Below are positions 50,275-59,144 of a stretch of DNA of 64,000 nucleotides, piece by piece. How positions within the stretch are numbered: position 1 is the stretch's first letter; each line of letters starts with the position of its first letter. Origin of the DNA: a virus. The DNA is taken from positions 11,791-75,790 of the IMG/VR virus record IMGVR_UViG_3300042549_007551, one strand, 5' to 3'. Both the position numbers and the translations under genes were made by a program. The notes under the pieces were generated by a model. The model was not told where the DNA came from. It worked only from the letters and a program-made list of their open reading frames with translations, and searched no databases.

Positions 50275-50558
50275 CCACCATCATTATCCTCATAAGGATT
50301 TTGTGGTTCATTAGTTATATCTTCGTAATCAGGTTCATCAATGTCAGGGATTGGTACATCTATATACGTTTCAGTATCAATAACACTCATTGTATGTATA
50401 TCACCATCATTGTCTTGGTTTTTTAAAGTCGTTACAATTTTACTATGTTGACAATTTTTACAAAAATAAATATCAATTAAACGATTTAGCCCTTGAATCT
50501 TACTAGACAATAATGTTAATCGTGTGCTTTCACACTTGTCACATTTTAGTTCCGTCAT
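50253..50558 (-). CDS. small Zn-ribbon protein with an acidic tail
   Basis: CDKC...CKNC. Confidence 0.6.
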   Translation of the reverse strand: MTELKCDKCESTRLTLLSSKIQGLNRLIDIYFCKNCQHSKIVTTLKNQDNDGDIHTMSVIDTETYIDVPIPDIDEPDYEDITNEPQNPYEDNDGGWDPSIG

Positions 50559-51027
50559 TCTTTACTGGTTCCTCCTCTTTAACTTCTTTAGCTAAGTCTT
50601 GAATAAATCGTTTATGATCAGCTGCTTCTTCAGGAGTCATCTCCATAACAGTTGTTTGTTGATGAGTAATTGATTCTGAAATAAATTGAACATCAGGAAA
50701 CAATTCTTTTAATGTATTATTAAAAACTTTAGCAACAGTATCATGAATTGCTTTACGCGTTTGGTATAAAGCATTATCTTTATCTGCGTCTTTAAAAATA
50801 TAAGCTTTAGCTTCAAGTTCACTTTTACTAGCAGGACGCATTACAGGTAAGTCAGCCAACACTGCAACTAAACCTAAACGAATACTACTTAGAATCGCAC
50901 TAAGGTATGGTTTAATATCAGTCGCTATACCACGTTTTAATTTAGGTACAATACGCGCTTCAATGGTTCCTGCAACAGGATCTGCTACAAAACTAAACTT
51001 GATAACTGCTTTGTCATTCTTTGGCAC
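50539..51027 (-). CDS. hypothetical protein
   Basis: GTG start, RBS AAGGAGG, promoter TGATATACT at 51052-51060. Confidence 0.7.
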   Translation of the reverse strand: MPKNDKAVIKFSFVADPVAGTIEARIVPKLKRGIATDIKPYLSAILSSIRLGLVAVLADLPVMRPASKSELEAKAYIFKDADKDNALYQTRKAIHDTVAKVFNNTLKELFPDVQFISESITHQQTTVMEMTPEEAADHKRFIQDLAKEVKEEEPVKNDGTKM

Positions 51028-51068
51028 AAGTATGCCTCCTTGTTTTCTATGAGTATATCATAACATAT

Positions 51069-51099
51069 AAAAAACACAAGATGTGTATATCTTGTGTTC
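51069..51099 (-). terminator. Rho-independent terminator after the portal gene
   Basis: AACACAAGAT-atacac-ATCTTGTGTT-TTTT. Confidence 0.8.
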
Positions 51100-51121
51100 T
51101 TTGTGTAATATTTACAATTGT

Positions 51122-52858
51122 CTACTTAAAGCCTTGACCTAAGCTTGGGTCTTGTTGCATTGCATTCTTTTCTTCGATTAAGATTGTAATTGCTTGTTGA
51201 GCAGCTTGTTCTTCAGATAATCCTTGCGATAGTAACCGACTAAAGATTGAAGCAAAGTTAGTAAGGTCAGCCACCAATGTTTCAGCTGTACCATCTTGCT
51301 CATTTTTTTCAAGTCTTTGTAAGAATAAATCTTTTTGTGGAAAGTCTGAGTACTTAATAAGATCTTGTGGTGTAATAATCTGTGGTTTAATTTGATACTG
51401 TGCTTGCATTTCATATAGTGCTTTAGCAGAATCAAACAAGTTTGCTTGGTTCATTGGCAATAATGTAGAAGCCGCAATATTATAATCAAACTTCATACCA
51501 CGTTCTCTTAATTGATCAAACTGAATCTTACGTTGCTCAACAATTTTATTAGTACCTGTGGCAGATAGCTTTGGAACAACATAAGTTTTATCACCGCCGT
51601 AAGCAAAATAGTATTCTAACACAAGTTTAGTTAAGTCTTCACAAAATTCTTCAAGTAAAGTAATACGTGAGTTATCAGTAAGCATCGTTACCCGTGCTTG
51701 GAATGCTTGCGTCGCTCCAGTGGTTTGAATACTATTTGTCATACGACCTTTATAATATGGATCAACACCCGTTACTTGAAAGATAGATTGTTCTAAACGT
51801 TGTTTAATATTACCTAAGTCAGGAATAACTGGGACATCTGTGTAATAAACAATATTACGTGGGTCACCTTTGGTTTCAAACGAAGCTCCAGGAGTGTTGC
51901 CATAGTCAGCAAACGATCTCATGTTAATACGCCCATCAGTATTTACAAAGCGTACGCGATTAAGTACGCGGTATGGTTGGGTTGCTTCCATTGAATCTAA
52001 CATATTTAAAGCAATAACTGTATTTAAAATTTTAGTTAACTTAGAGTTTCCATATGGATTACCATCTGGTCTTTGTGGCGTATAGCATACAACAGGAAAC
52101 CGTTTAAGTGGTATGTTTAAGTTTTCATAAATAATAGTAGTTTCATCGATAATAAAGATTTGATCAATGTTACCTTTGTCATTTCTAATAAAACATTCAA
52201 TTAAAGAAACAGTTCGGTTACCTGTAGTTATGTTTGTTTCATAACCTCCAATACGATTGACTGCAGTTTTATCACTAATAACATTTTTATTTTTTGCTAC
52301 AAACTGTTCAACCCCTACTTTAAAGTCAGGATTTTTTAAAAGAACATCAACGTTAACAGCACGTTCAATAAAAATAGCTTCACCATCTTTATATGTATCA
52401 ACACTTGGATCGAAATATAATTCTTGTGGTGACAACGCTTTTAGTTTGATATGTCCTTTTGAAGCATCCCAGTCTACGCGCATTGCACCAACGTTATATA
52501 ACTCAGCATTTTCACCGACGTGTAAGTATTTATTTTTCATACCCCACTTGCTCCAGTTGTAAGCAACGAATGCATTTAGGTCTTGTACTGTTTTTTCGTC
52601 TTGAATAAAACGTGGGGTAAGTGTACCTACAAACGAGCCACTGTAAATAGAATTTAAAAAACCTTGAACAACGTATTCAAAGTAGTTCCAGTCTGGAGTA
52701 ATCGTATAATCTTTTAAATTCTTTTTAAAGATTGACCAAAACTCACCTTTATAAAGTGAGCGTATTAAACGCCATTCACGTAATGTACCTTGTTTAAATG
52801 CTCGATACTCATCAAACTTTGTCATTAACTTAAATACATCGTAGCTATACTTATCCAT
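51122..52858 (-). CDS. portal protein (podovirus-type)
   Basis: 578 aa, downstream of TerL; LSPQELYFDP, FPVV...YG.S and TGV...G...TGATQA patterns. Confidence 0.75.
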   Translation of the reverse strand: MDKYSYDVFKLMTKFDEYRAFKQGTLREWRLIRSLYKGEFWSIFKKNLKDYTITPDWNYFEYVVQGFLNSIYSGSFVGTLTPRFIQDEKTVQDLNAFVAYNWSKWGMKNKYLHVGENAELYNVGAMRVDWDASKGHIKLKALSPQELYFDPSVDTYKDGEAIFIERAVNVDVLLKNPDFKVGVEQFVAKNKNVISDKTAVNRIGGYETNITTGNRTVSLIECFIRNDKGNIDQIFIIDETTIIYENLNIPLKRFPVVCYTPQRPDGNPYGNSKLTKILNTVIALNMLDSMEATQPYRVLNRVRFVNTDGRINMRSFADYGNTPGASFETKGDPRNIVYYTDVPVIPDLGNIKQRLEQSIFQVTGVDPYYKGRMTNSIQTTGATQAFQARVTMLTDNSRITLLEEFCEDLTKLVLEYYFAYGGDKTYVVPKLSATGTNKIVEQRKIQFDQLRERGMKFDYNIAASTLLPMNQANLFDSAKALYEMQAQYQIKPQIITPQDLIKYSDFPQKDLFLQRLEKNEQDGTAETLVADLTNFASIFSRLLSQGLSEEQAAQQAITILIEEKNAMQQDPSLGQGFK

Positions 52859-53313
52859 TACTTCTTACCTTCTTTTGTTTTAATAGCCTTTTCAATAGTA
52901 GGTCCATCCATAATTTCACTAATAGTTCTAGCAATCGCATCCCCTTGCTTTTGAGTACTATTAATAATAGCTTCTTCTAGTTCTTTATCACGAATATTTT
53001 GTTGTTTGATTTGTTCTTTTAAAGCTTGTTCATTTAACTCTGCTTGTTCTTCTTCAGGATTTTCGCCCATAACACCACCGTGTTTTGCAAGATTAATAAT
53101 ATCTTGGATTTTTTCAGGAAGGTCTCCATCGTTATCAGGAGTTCTGTCTGCTTTATTAATTGTAGCTTTACTTCGGGATATACGCGCCGAGCGGTTTGTT
53201 GAAATCTTCTTCGGGTCTTTCATCATTTTCGTCATATACACTAGTTGCATATACTGGCCCACTGCTACCAGGATAAGTAAGATTACTGCCAAAGCTGTTA
53301 GAATTTCCATCAT
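52858..53313 (-). CDS. N-terminally membrane-anchored protein between TerL and portal
   Basis: TM helix ILTALAVILLILVAVG; RBS AAGGAG inside TerL; overlaps TerL by 146 nt. Confidence 0.65.
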   Translation of the reverse strand: MMEILTALAVILLILVAVGQYMQLVYMTKMMKDPKKISTNRSARISRSKATINKADRTPDNDGDLPEKIQDIINLAKHGGVMGENPEEEQAELNEQALKEQIKQQNIRDKELEEAIINSTQKQGDAIARTISEIMDGPTIEKAIKTKEGKK

Positions 53314-55039
53314 TTGTATTCTCCTTTAATGGGTCGTAATAATTTTGTTTCTTTTTAATTATAGCATCTTTTTGTTTATCATGGACAAAACTCTTACCGT
53401 TGGGTAAGTATACATTAAGTTTTAATTCTTGTAAATTATGTGGGAGTTCAACAACAACAAATTCTAAAGCAGTAATGCCATGATCGTTACCGTCTTCAGG
53501 CTTGTCTGTTGATGCTCCATTTTTATCTAGTTTAAATTTATAGTTAAGCGCTTCGTCAATTAAAAACTCACATGTTGAAAAAACTTCTATCTGACTGTGA
53601 TTAACAAGCGAGTTCATTTTAATAATACGCGCATCGTGTGATGCAAATGATGGTTCAAAATATAAACCTTCTGCTTCAAACATACTACCAATCGTCACCA
53701 AGTTGCTTTCGCGTTTGCTATAACTACGTCCATCAAATCTAGGTTGCATAAGTAAGCCGTCAAGATCAGTCCCATTAACTTTAGTTTCTTTACGATACTC
53801 TTTTGCCAGTGTTTTAATATCAGAGTTGTTGATACGTAGTTCGTCATACACATAAAGCTTTTTGGTTTCTGTAGAAAATGCTGTATAAATTACGTGAGTT
53901 GGGTCATTTATGCCGTAATCTACCCCAATTGCGTAGTATAGTACACGCTTTCCTGACTCGTCAAACGCTCTAGGAAGTGAGTGCGGAGGCACAATACACA
54001 CCCCAAAGTTAGGAAATACTAGGTTAGTTGAAAAGTTAAAGCTACCTTTATAGTATTGTTGGATGTACGCTTTAGATTTTCCTCTAGTTTGTTCCTCTTC
54101 ATAGGTAGCAGGCAGGTAAGGGTTAGCACTTGTAGAAATAATCTGTGTGTATTTTTGAGGATCTCGGTCTTTGTTATACTTATACCCTTCGTTATATGCG
54201 TCTCCATAAAACTCTACAGTAGCAGAATCAAGTAAGAACTTCGACTTTACCCAACCTGAGTCAGGGTTTGTTTCTAAGTTTATATGTCGAGCATCGATTC
54301 GATACTTAGGTTTAAAGATTTGTTGGTTCGGATCCCACTGCATAACAGGTTGTCCGTTTGAATCTGTTTCAGGAATCATAGCATTGGTATTACGAATACG
54401 AGATTGCAACATCGTAAACGCAGCAAAGTTAACATCGGATGATTCTACGATCACCGCCATCGTTAAGTTAATCGACTTTAGTTTTGTTTCATCATCAAAT
54501 GAACGAAACAATATTTCAGACCCATTGGTTAATTGCAGTTCATGCTTTTGATCGTTCTTACGTCGAATAAGTTTCATAGGAAAAATACTATAAAACTCTT
54601 TGACAAACGTAGCTTCTAATGCTGGGTATGTTCGTGCAGTTACTGCCACACGTGCTCCAGGTATTAACATAATATGTTTAATCACATCTTCGATGTTGGC
54701 ACGAGACTTACCAGAACCATAGCCACCAGCTGTCATCTTATAACGTTCACGTCTACGTAAAAACATTGCTTGGTATGATGTTGGTTTAAAAGTATTAACC
54801 AGTGTTCCACATTCTGGACATTCTTTAAATGAATTGCTTTCACTACCGTTGACGGCTTTAGCTGCTACTAAAGGTTTGTTACAGCGCGGACAATGTTGGA
54901 CACGACTAACATTAATATATTGTGGAGTTGCTTCTGCTAATGACGCTTCTGGTTTTACAGAAATACTTTTAGTAATGTCAAAAACTTCACCAGTACTTTT
55001 ATCGACAAGATATTGTTCATCAAGAATTGACTTAGGCAT
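53168..55039 (-). CDS. terL: terminase large subunit with an N-terminal Zn ribbon
   Basis: Walker A GGYGSGKS, NGSEILFRS, ETNP motif, NPYLP, nuclease GVDYG..DP, ND-H; CPRC/CPEC. Confidence 0.9.
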   Translation of the reverse strand: MPKSILDEQYLVDKSTGEVFDITKSISVKPEASLAEATPQYINVSRVQHCPRCNKPLVAAKAVNGSESNSFKECPECGTLVNTFKPTSYQAMFLRRRERYKMTAGGYGSGKSRANIEDVIKHIMLIPGARVAVTARTYPALEATFVKEFYSIFPMKLIRRKNDQKHELQLTNGSEILFRSFDDETKLKSINLTMAVIVESSDVNFAAFTMLQSRIRNTNAMIPETDSNGQPVMQWDPNQQIFKPKYRIDARHINLETNPDSGWVKSKFLLDSATVEFYGDAYNEGYKYNKDRDPQKYTQIISTSANPYLPATYEEEQTRGKSKAYIQQYYKGSFNFSTNLVFPNFGVCIVPPHSLPRAFDESGKRVLYYAIGVDYGINDPTHVIYTAFSTETKKLYVYDELRINNSDIKTLAKEYRKETKVNGTDLDGLLMQPRFDGRSYSKRESNLVTIGSMFEAEGLYFEPSFASHDARIIKMNSLVNHSQIEVFSTCEFLIDEALNYKFKLDKNGASTDKPEDGNDHGITALEFVVVELPHNLQELKLNVYLPNGKSFVHDKQKDAIIKKKQNYYDPLKENTNDGNSNSFGSNLTYPGSSGPVYATSVYDENDERPEEDFNKPLGAYIPK

Positions 55040-55040
55040 C

Positions 55041-55475
55041 TTACAATCCTAGCTTTTTGTTTTCAGCAACAGGCGGTAAGAACTCAGTCTCGTCTGTAGT
55101 CAGTGGTGTTTGAATGTAAATATATTGCACAGGCGTAGCAAAGTTAGGGCGATGATCATCACGGTATTTAATTGCGGCGTTTAGTTTAGTAGCGTCTGCC
55201 ATCCCAACATGCACGCCATCTTTCATATACTTGTTAACGATAATCCCTGCTTGGGTATAAATAATTTTATCAATGTAATCTTGCACACGGCTATCAGATA
55301 AAAACATTTGCCAGTCGTGATAGTTTGTATTTTGTCCTATTAACGTAGCTAGTTCGTGTGGATTAGATATAAATAAATTATCGTATACATGTGAAATTGT
55401 TTCTGCAAAGTTCCACAGATTAACAAGATGTAATAATTTAACTTCTGTTTTAGTAAACATTTCTAATGAGATCAT
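55041..55475 (-). CDS. hypothetical protein, possible terminase small subunit
   Basis: Size and position immediately upstream of TerL only. Confidence 0.4.
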   Translation of the reverse strand: MISLEMFTKTEVKLLHLVNLWNFAETISHVYDNLFISNPHELATLIGQNTNYHDWQMFLSDSRVQDYIDKIIYTQAGIIVNKYMKDGVHVGMADATKLNAAIKYRDDHRPNFATPVQYIYIQTPLTTDETEFLPPVAENKKLGL

Positions 55476-56086
55476 ATTTTACCTTTCAAGTGAGGTAGAT
55501 TAATAGAAACACCTCTACGATTAGGTTCCAATATTAATGGAACTTTATGTTTATAGTATACACCTTTACCACTTACACCTGTTCGATAAAGTGTAAATTG
55601 CTCCATCGGGTAGAATCTAGTCATCGATAAGATTTCTTTTCTAGCTTCTATTAAATTTTCAAACTCAAAACTTTTAATAACACTAGCTTTACGTTGAACA
55701 AGCAGTGCTTTATTTCTACCACCTGATTTAAAATTAATACCAGTAATGCCTTTAAAATTATTTAAACCATTGTAGTTGTCTAAATCTTTCATATCTTTTA
55801 AATTAGAAAATATAAATTGAAAAGTTGTTCGAAGAAATATTAACGTGTATTTTTTAAACTCGTGCATAAGCCAAGCTAATCCTGCTTCTGTAAGATATAA
55901 ACGATACTCATCAAATAGATTAAAGTTTTGATTATCTAATGTAAAAGAAATTTTAGCGTGTAATGCATACGCTTTTAAAAACACCGCTAAGTTTGCAGAA
56001 CGTAATGGGTACTTTCTTACAGTGTCAGAAGTTAAAAGACCAATGCGCAAACATTGGTCTATGTACTGTTGAATTAAATCTTTCAT
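55472..56086 (-). CDS. hypothetical protein
   Basis: Translationally coupled ORF. Confidence 0.65.
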   Translation of the reverse strand: MKDLIQQYIDQCLRIGLLTSDTVRKYPLRSANLAVFLKAYALHAKISFTLDNQNFNLFDEYRLYLTEAGLAWLMHEFKKYTLIFLRTTFQFIFSNLKDMKDLDNYNGLNNFKGITGINFKSGGRNKALLVQRKASVIKSFEFENLIEARKEILSMTRFYPMEQFTLYRTGVSGKGVYYKHKVPLILEPNRRGVSINLPHLKGKI

Positions 56087-56376
56087 TACATGCCGGCAAT
56101 TGCTTCGTCTAAGGCAGCCATTTGATCTAAATCTTCTTCAGTATCTTCTTCTTCGATAGGTTCTAATTCAGGAGCAGGTGCTTCTCCAGACGTTAACGTC
56201 ATATTGGTTTCTGTAAGTTCAGTAACAGTCATACCCATGGAATTAACCATGTTAAGAACTTCGATTAATTGCATCTTGTCCATTTCACCAACTTGAATGG
56301 AAAGCATACCTTGGTCTGGCATTTCTTCAAAGCCAATACCCATGCCTTCTAAAGCGCTAATAATTTCTTCAAACAT
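56086..56376 (-). CDS. very acidic Met-rich protein
   Basis: RBS AAGGAGG; a single Lys and no Arg. Confidence 0.7.
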   Translation of the reverse strand: MFEEIISALEGMGIGFEEMPDQGMLSIQVGEMDKMQLIEVLNMVNSMGMTVTELTETNMTLTSGEAPAPELEPIEEEDTEEDLDQMAALDEAIAGM

Positions 56377-56377
56377 T

Positions 56378-56854
56378 TTATTTACCTCCTTTTTGTATCA
56401 TATTATGCAGTATCGACCGATAAGGTTCCGCCACCATTTCCATATCTTGCATATGAACATCATAGTGACCATTTTTAATGAGCTCAGCGTGGTACATAAA
56501 CTTACCAAACGCGTCATCCGATTCTGGAATATACTGACGAGCAAACAGTTCAATTTCTAATCCTAAGGTTTCATCACCTTTAGATTGTTCTTCAGGGTAT
56601 GGCATCTCGATTTCAACTTCGATTGGCATTTCCATTTCCATTCCTATTTCCATGGTTTCTGGGAATACATACAAGTATTGTTCGTCTACACTATACTGTA
56701 CACCTTTTTCTTCAAGGTGGTCCATCATTGATAGCATTAACATTTGATCAACATCAGTAATATCAACGACAATCTTTTCCGGCCATTGTTCATAAGGAAC
56801 ACTCATGTCATCGAGCATCATCATAAATTCAGTACATTTGGGATCCATGTGCAC
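56378..56854 (-). CDS. very acidic Met-rich protein
   Basis: RBS GGAGGA; promoter TGATATACT at 56875-56883. Confidence 0.7.
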   Translation of the reverse strand: MHMDPKCTEFMMMLDDMSVPYEQWPEKIVVDITDVDQMLMLSMMDHLEEKGVQYSVDEQYLYVFPETMEIGMEMEMPIEVEIEMPYPEEQSKGDETLGLEIELFARQYIPESDDAFGKFMYHAELIKNGHYDVHMQDMEMVAEPYRSILHNMIQKGGK

Positions 56855-56880
56855 AAGTTATCCTCCGCCTTTAAAGTATA

Positions 56881-57234
56881 TCACAAAAATTCTTTCAGTA
56901 AATTTGTTTCTACTTCTGTAATAACATTACCATACTTTATAAAAAATTCACAACGTTCTTTTAAAACGTTTAGCTCTTCGTCCGTTGCAATTAAGAAGTA
57001 CCGGTTAGGACTTGACGCTTTGATATAGTCTCGCCACCACTCTTGTAGTGGACTCAAGTCATAGTAACTAGTACCTTTGAACTCGACGTAGATCGTACCG
57101 CCGTGTTTAGGTAATTGTAAAAACCTGTCGGGAAACCCTTTGGAGGTGACGACAGGTCCTTTAATAGCGACAATCTCTTTGGACTGGCACCAGCGTACAA
57201 AAATACTTTCTAATCGTTTCTCAGTTGTGCTCAC
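56881..57234 (-). CDS. VRR-NUC (PD-(D/E)xK) nuclease / resolvase
   Basis: EKRLE...GFPDRF...YVEFK...LSPLQ. Confidence 0.8.
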   Translation of the reverse strand: MSTTEKRLESIFVRWCQSKEIVAIKGPVVTSKGFPDRFLQLPKHGGTIYVEFKGTSYYDLSPLQEWWRDYIKASSPNRYFLIATDEELNVLKERCEFFIKYGNVITEVETNLLKEFL

Positions 57235-57692
57235 TACTCTATGATACCATTTTTACGCAACGTATCAATGGTACCTTTGTAGAGATCACGTTGTTCTTCA
57301 AGATGCGCATTCTCTAAACGCAAGTCTTTGATTTGTTTACTAGCGTTACTAATTACGTTAAACAGTAAGTTAAACAAGTCTCGCGTGATCACGTGTGCCC
57401 GTTCACCTGCGCTGTTAATATATTGGTTACCATAGTTAGCTTTGGTATTCTTTTCAACAATACAGAACCGACGCTTGTTACTATTAGGCATTGATGTTTC
57501 ACATTCTAATAACTGTAAGCTGGTTGTATCTAACAAGATACGTTCACTGCCTGGTTTAGAAACCACCATGCCCATGCCGCCGACTACTTCTTTGGTTACT
57601 TGTTCTGGGTTTTCAGCTACAGTGTCTAACGTTGCGTTACGTTTTTCTTGCGTGACTTGTTGAATCTTTTTATTAATTGCTTCGAAGTCCAT
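57234..57692 (-). CDS. hypothetical protein
   Basis: ORF in operon. Confidence 0.65.
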   Translation of the reverse strand: MDFEAINKKIQQVTQEKRNATLDTVAENPEQVTKEVVGGMGMVVSKPGSERILLDTTSLQLLECETSMPNSNKRRFCIVEKNTKANYGNQYINSAGERAHVITRDLFNLLFNVISNASKQIKDLRLENAHLEEQRDLYKGTIDTLRKNGIIE

Positions 57693-57694
57693 GA

Positions 57695-58021
57695 CTATAA
57701 CTTCTTTCCATGTTTATATGGACGCGTAATATTAAACTGATGTTTTTCTAAGACAGCAGATTCCATGTCGATGCCAAAGTATTCAGCAAGATCAAGCACA
57801 CGGATAATTACATCAGCAAGTTCAGCTGGGATACCTTCTGGTTTACCACCTTCGCTATAGTATGCTTCTTTTTCTTTGCGACCATTTCGGTATTCTTCTA
57901 AAGCTTCAGACAGTTCGGAATGGACTAGCGCAAGTAGTTCAGGAATGTCTCGGTGTTTTTCCCACCAGCCATGTTCTTTAGCGTTGTGATGAATCATTTC
58001 TTGTAGTTGTTTAAGATGCAT
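57695..58021 (-). CDS. MazG-like NTP pyrophosphohydrolase
   Basis: SELSEALEE...ELADVIIR...K...N..RPYKHGK. Confidence 0.85.
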   Translation of the reverse strand: MHLKQLQEMIHHNAKEHGWWEKHRDIPELLALVHSELSEALEEYRNGRKEKEAYYSEGGKPEGIPAELADVIIRVLDLAEYFGIDMESAVLEKHQFNITRPYKHGKKL

Positions 58022-58023
58022 AA

Positions 58024-58230
58024 TTAATCCTTCTTTTCTACGTAACAGATTTCATAACCCATTAACGTGTGTTTTGTTTTGACAAACTTACCATTAAGCG
58101 CCAGTGAGACCATGGGTCTCGACACGGCTATGTACGCAGCGACTTCGTCTTGAGTTTTAAATAAGTGCCATTCGTCTTCGTCTAATTTACGCACACCGAT
58201 CAATCCACGTCTATGCTTCTTTTTCATCAA
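58024..58230 (-). CDS. small HTH (NUMOD1-like) protein
   Basis: FKTQDEVAAYIAVSRPMVSLALNG. Confidence 0.55.
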   Translation of the reverse strand: MMKKKHRRGLIGVRKLDEDEWHLFKTQDEVAAYIAVSRPMVSLALNGKFVKTKHTLMGYEICYVEKKD

Positions 58231-58411
58231 TGTACTCCTTAACCTGGTACTTTAAGAACGTCCAACCTTCTTCAGCAATTTGGGGAATACTAACGAGTAA
58301 ATCCCCACCATCTAAAACTTGTAGCACTGTGCCTATCATTCCTTTACGGATACCTTTGACAATATCTTTAAGGTGTATGTTATGGACAACGACTTTACTT
58401 CCTTTTTGCAC
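58211..58411 (-). CDS. small SH3-like hypothetical protein
   Basis: KGSKVVV...GMIGTVL; GTG start after AAGGAG. Confidence 0.55.
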   Translation of the reverse strand: MQKGSKVVVHNIHLKDIVKGIRKGMIGTVLQVLDGGDLLVSIPQIAEEGWTFLKYQVKEYIDEKEA

Positions 58412-58583
58412 GGGCTTTCTCCTTTGCTTTATCAGCGGCGATATCTCTTTCGACTTCTAAGTAACCAAGCTTATGCTCTAACTGTACTCGGATTTTGTCA
58501 TTACTTTCCATCTTAATACTTAGTTTTAAAAATGTAATTGCTTTATCATACGTTTCGAATGTACGCCCTAAGATTCTAATCAT
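58395..58583 (-). CDS. hypothetical protein
   Basis: RBS AAGGAGG. Confidence 0.6.
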   Translation of the reverse strand: MIRILGRTFETYDKAITFLKLSIKMESNDKIRVQLEHKLGYLEVERDIAADKAKEKARAKRK

Positions 58584-58968
58584 GTGTTCCTCCTTTCGTT
58601 ACGGCTGGGTAAACTTGCAGCAAATCTTTTAACATCTCTGGTCGATCTGCATAGATCCGTTTACGCAGTAACTCTTTTGTTAACTGGTACATCGGATTGC
58701 TTTCATTGAAGATGACGTAGTAGTAGAACTCGGTGCCGTGTTTACAGATGTACTTATCGTAATATAAATACTGTCCTGCAACTTGGTAGAAGTCTCTGAT
58801 CGTCAGTCTTCCATCTCTTTCAAACACATTGTGTTTATAAATCTGGTAGAGTGTTGTTGCTTTAACCAAGGCTGTTTTACTTCTTATCGCATCTAACTCT
58901 TCTATGTTATGTTCAATCTTGTGGGCTTTGATATCAATAAACTTTGTAAAGAATTCTAGTGTTTTCAT
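58576..58968 (-). CDS. hypothetical protein
   Basis: Coupled ORF. Confidence 0.6.
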   Translation of the reverse strand: MKTLEFFTKFIDIKAHKIEHNIEELDAIRSKTALVKATTLYQIYKHNVFERDGRLTIRDFYQVAGQYLYYDKYICKHGTEFYYYVIFNESNPMYQLTKELLRKRIYADRPEMLKDLLQVYPAVTKGGTHD

Positions 58969-59144
58969 AAGTAGTCCGCCATGATTGATTCTAAATCTTT
59001 AATCGCTATAATTTTAACTTCACCTGTTTTTGTAACTATCGTTATCTTGTTATCGATGATTTTAATTTTTATACTTAGCTCGCGGTTAATATAGATTCCG
59101 TCAGGTTCTTTGACGAAACCCATATTGAGTAATTCAGTGTGCAT
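58965..59144 (-). CDS. 59-aa hypothetical protein
   Basis: Hand translation MHTELLNMGFVKEPDG...; fills the gap with TGATG/ATGA overlaps. Confidence 0.55.
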   Translation of the reverse strand: MHTELLNMGFVKEPDGIYINRELSIKIKIIDNKITIVTKTGEVKIIAIKDLESIMADYL

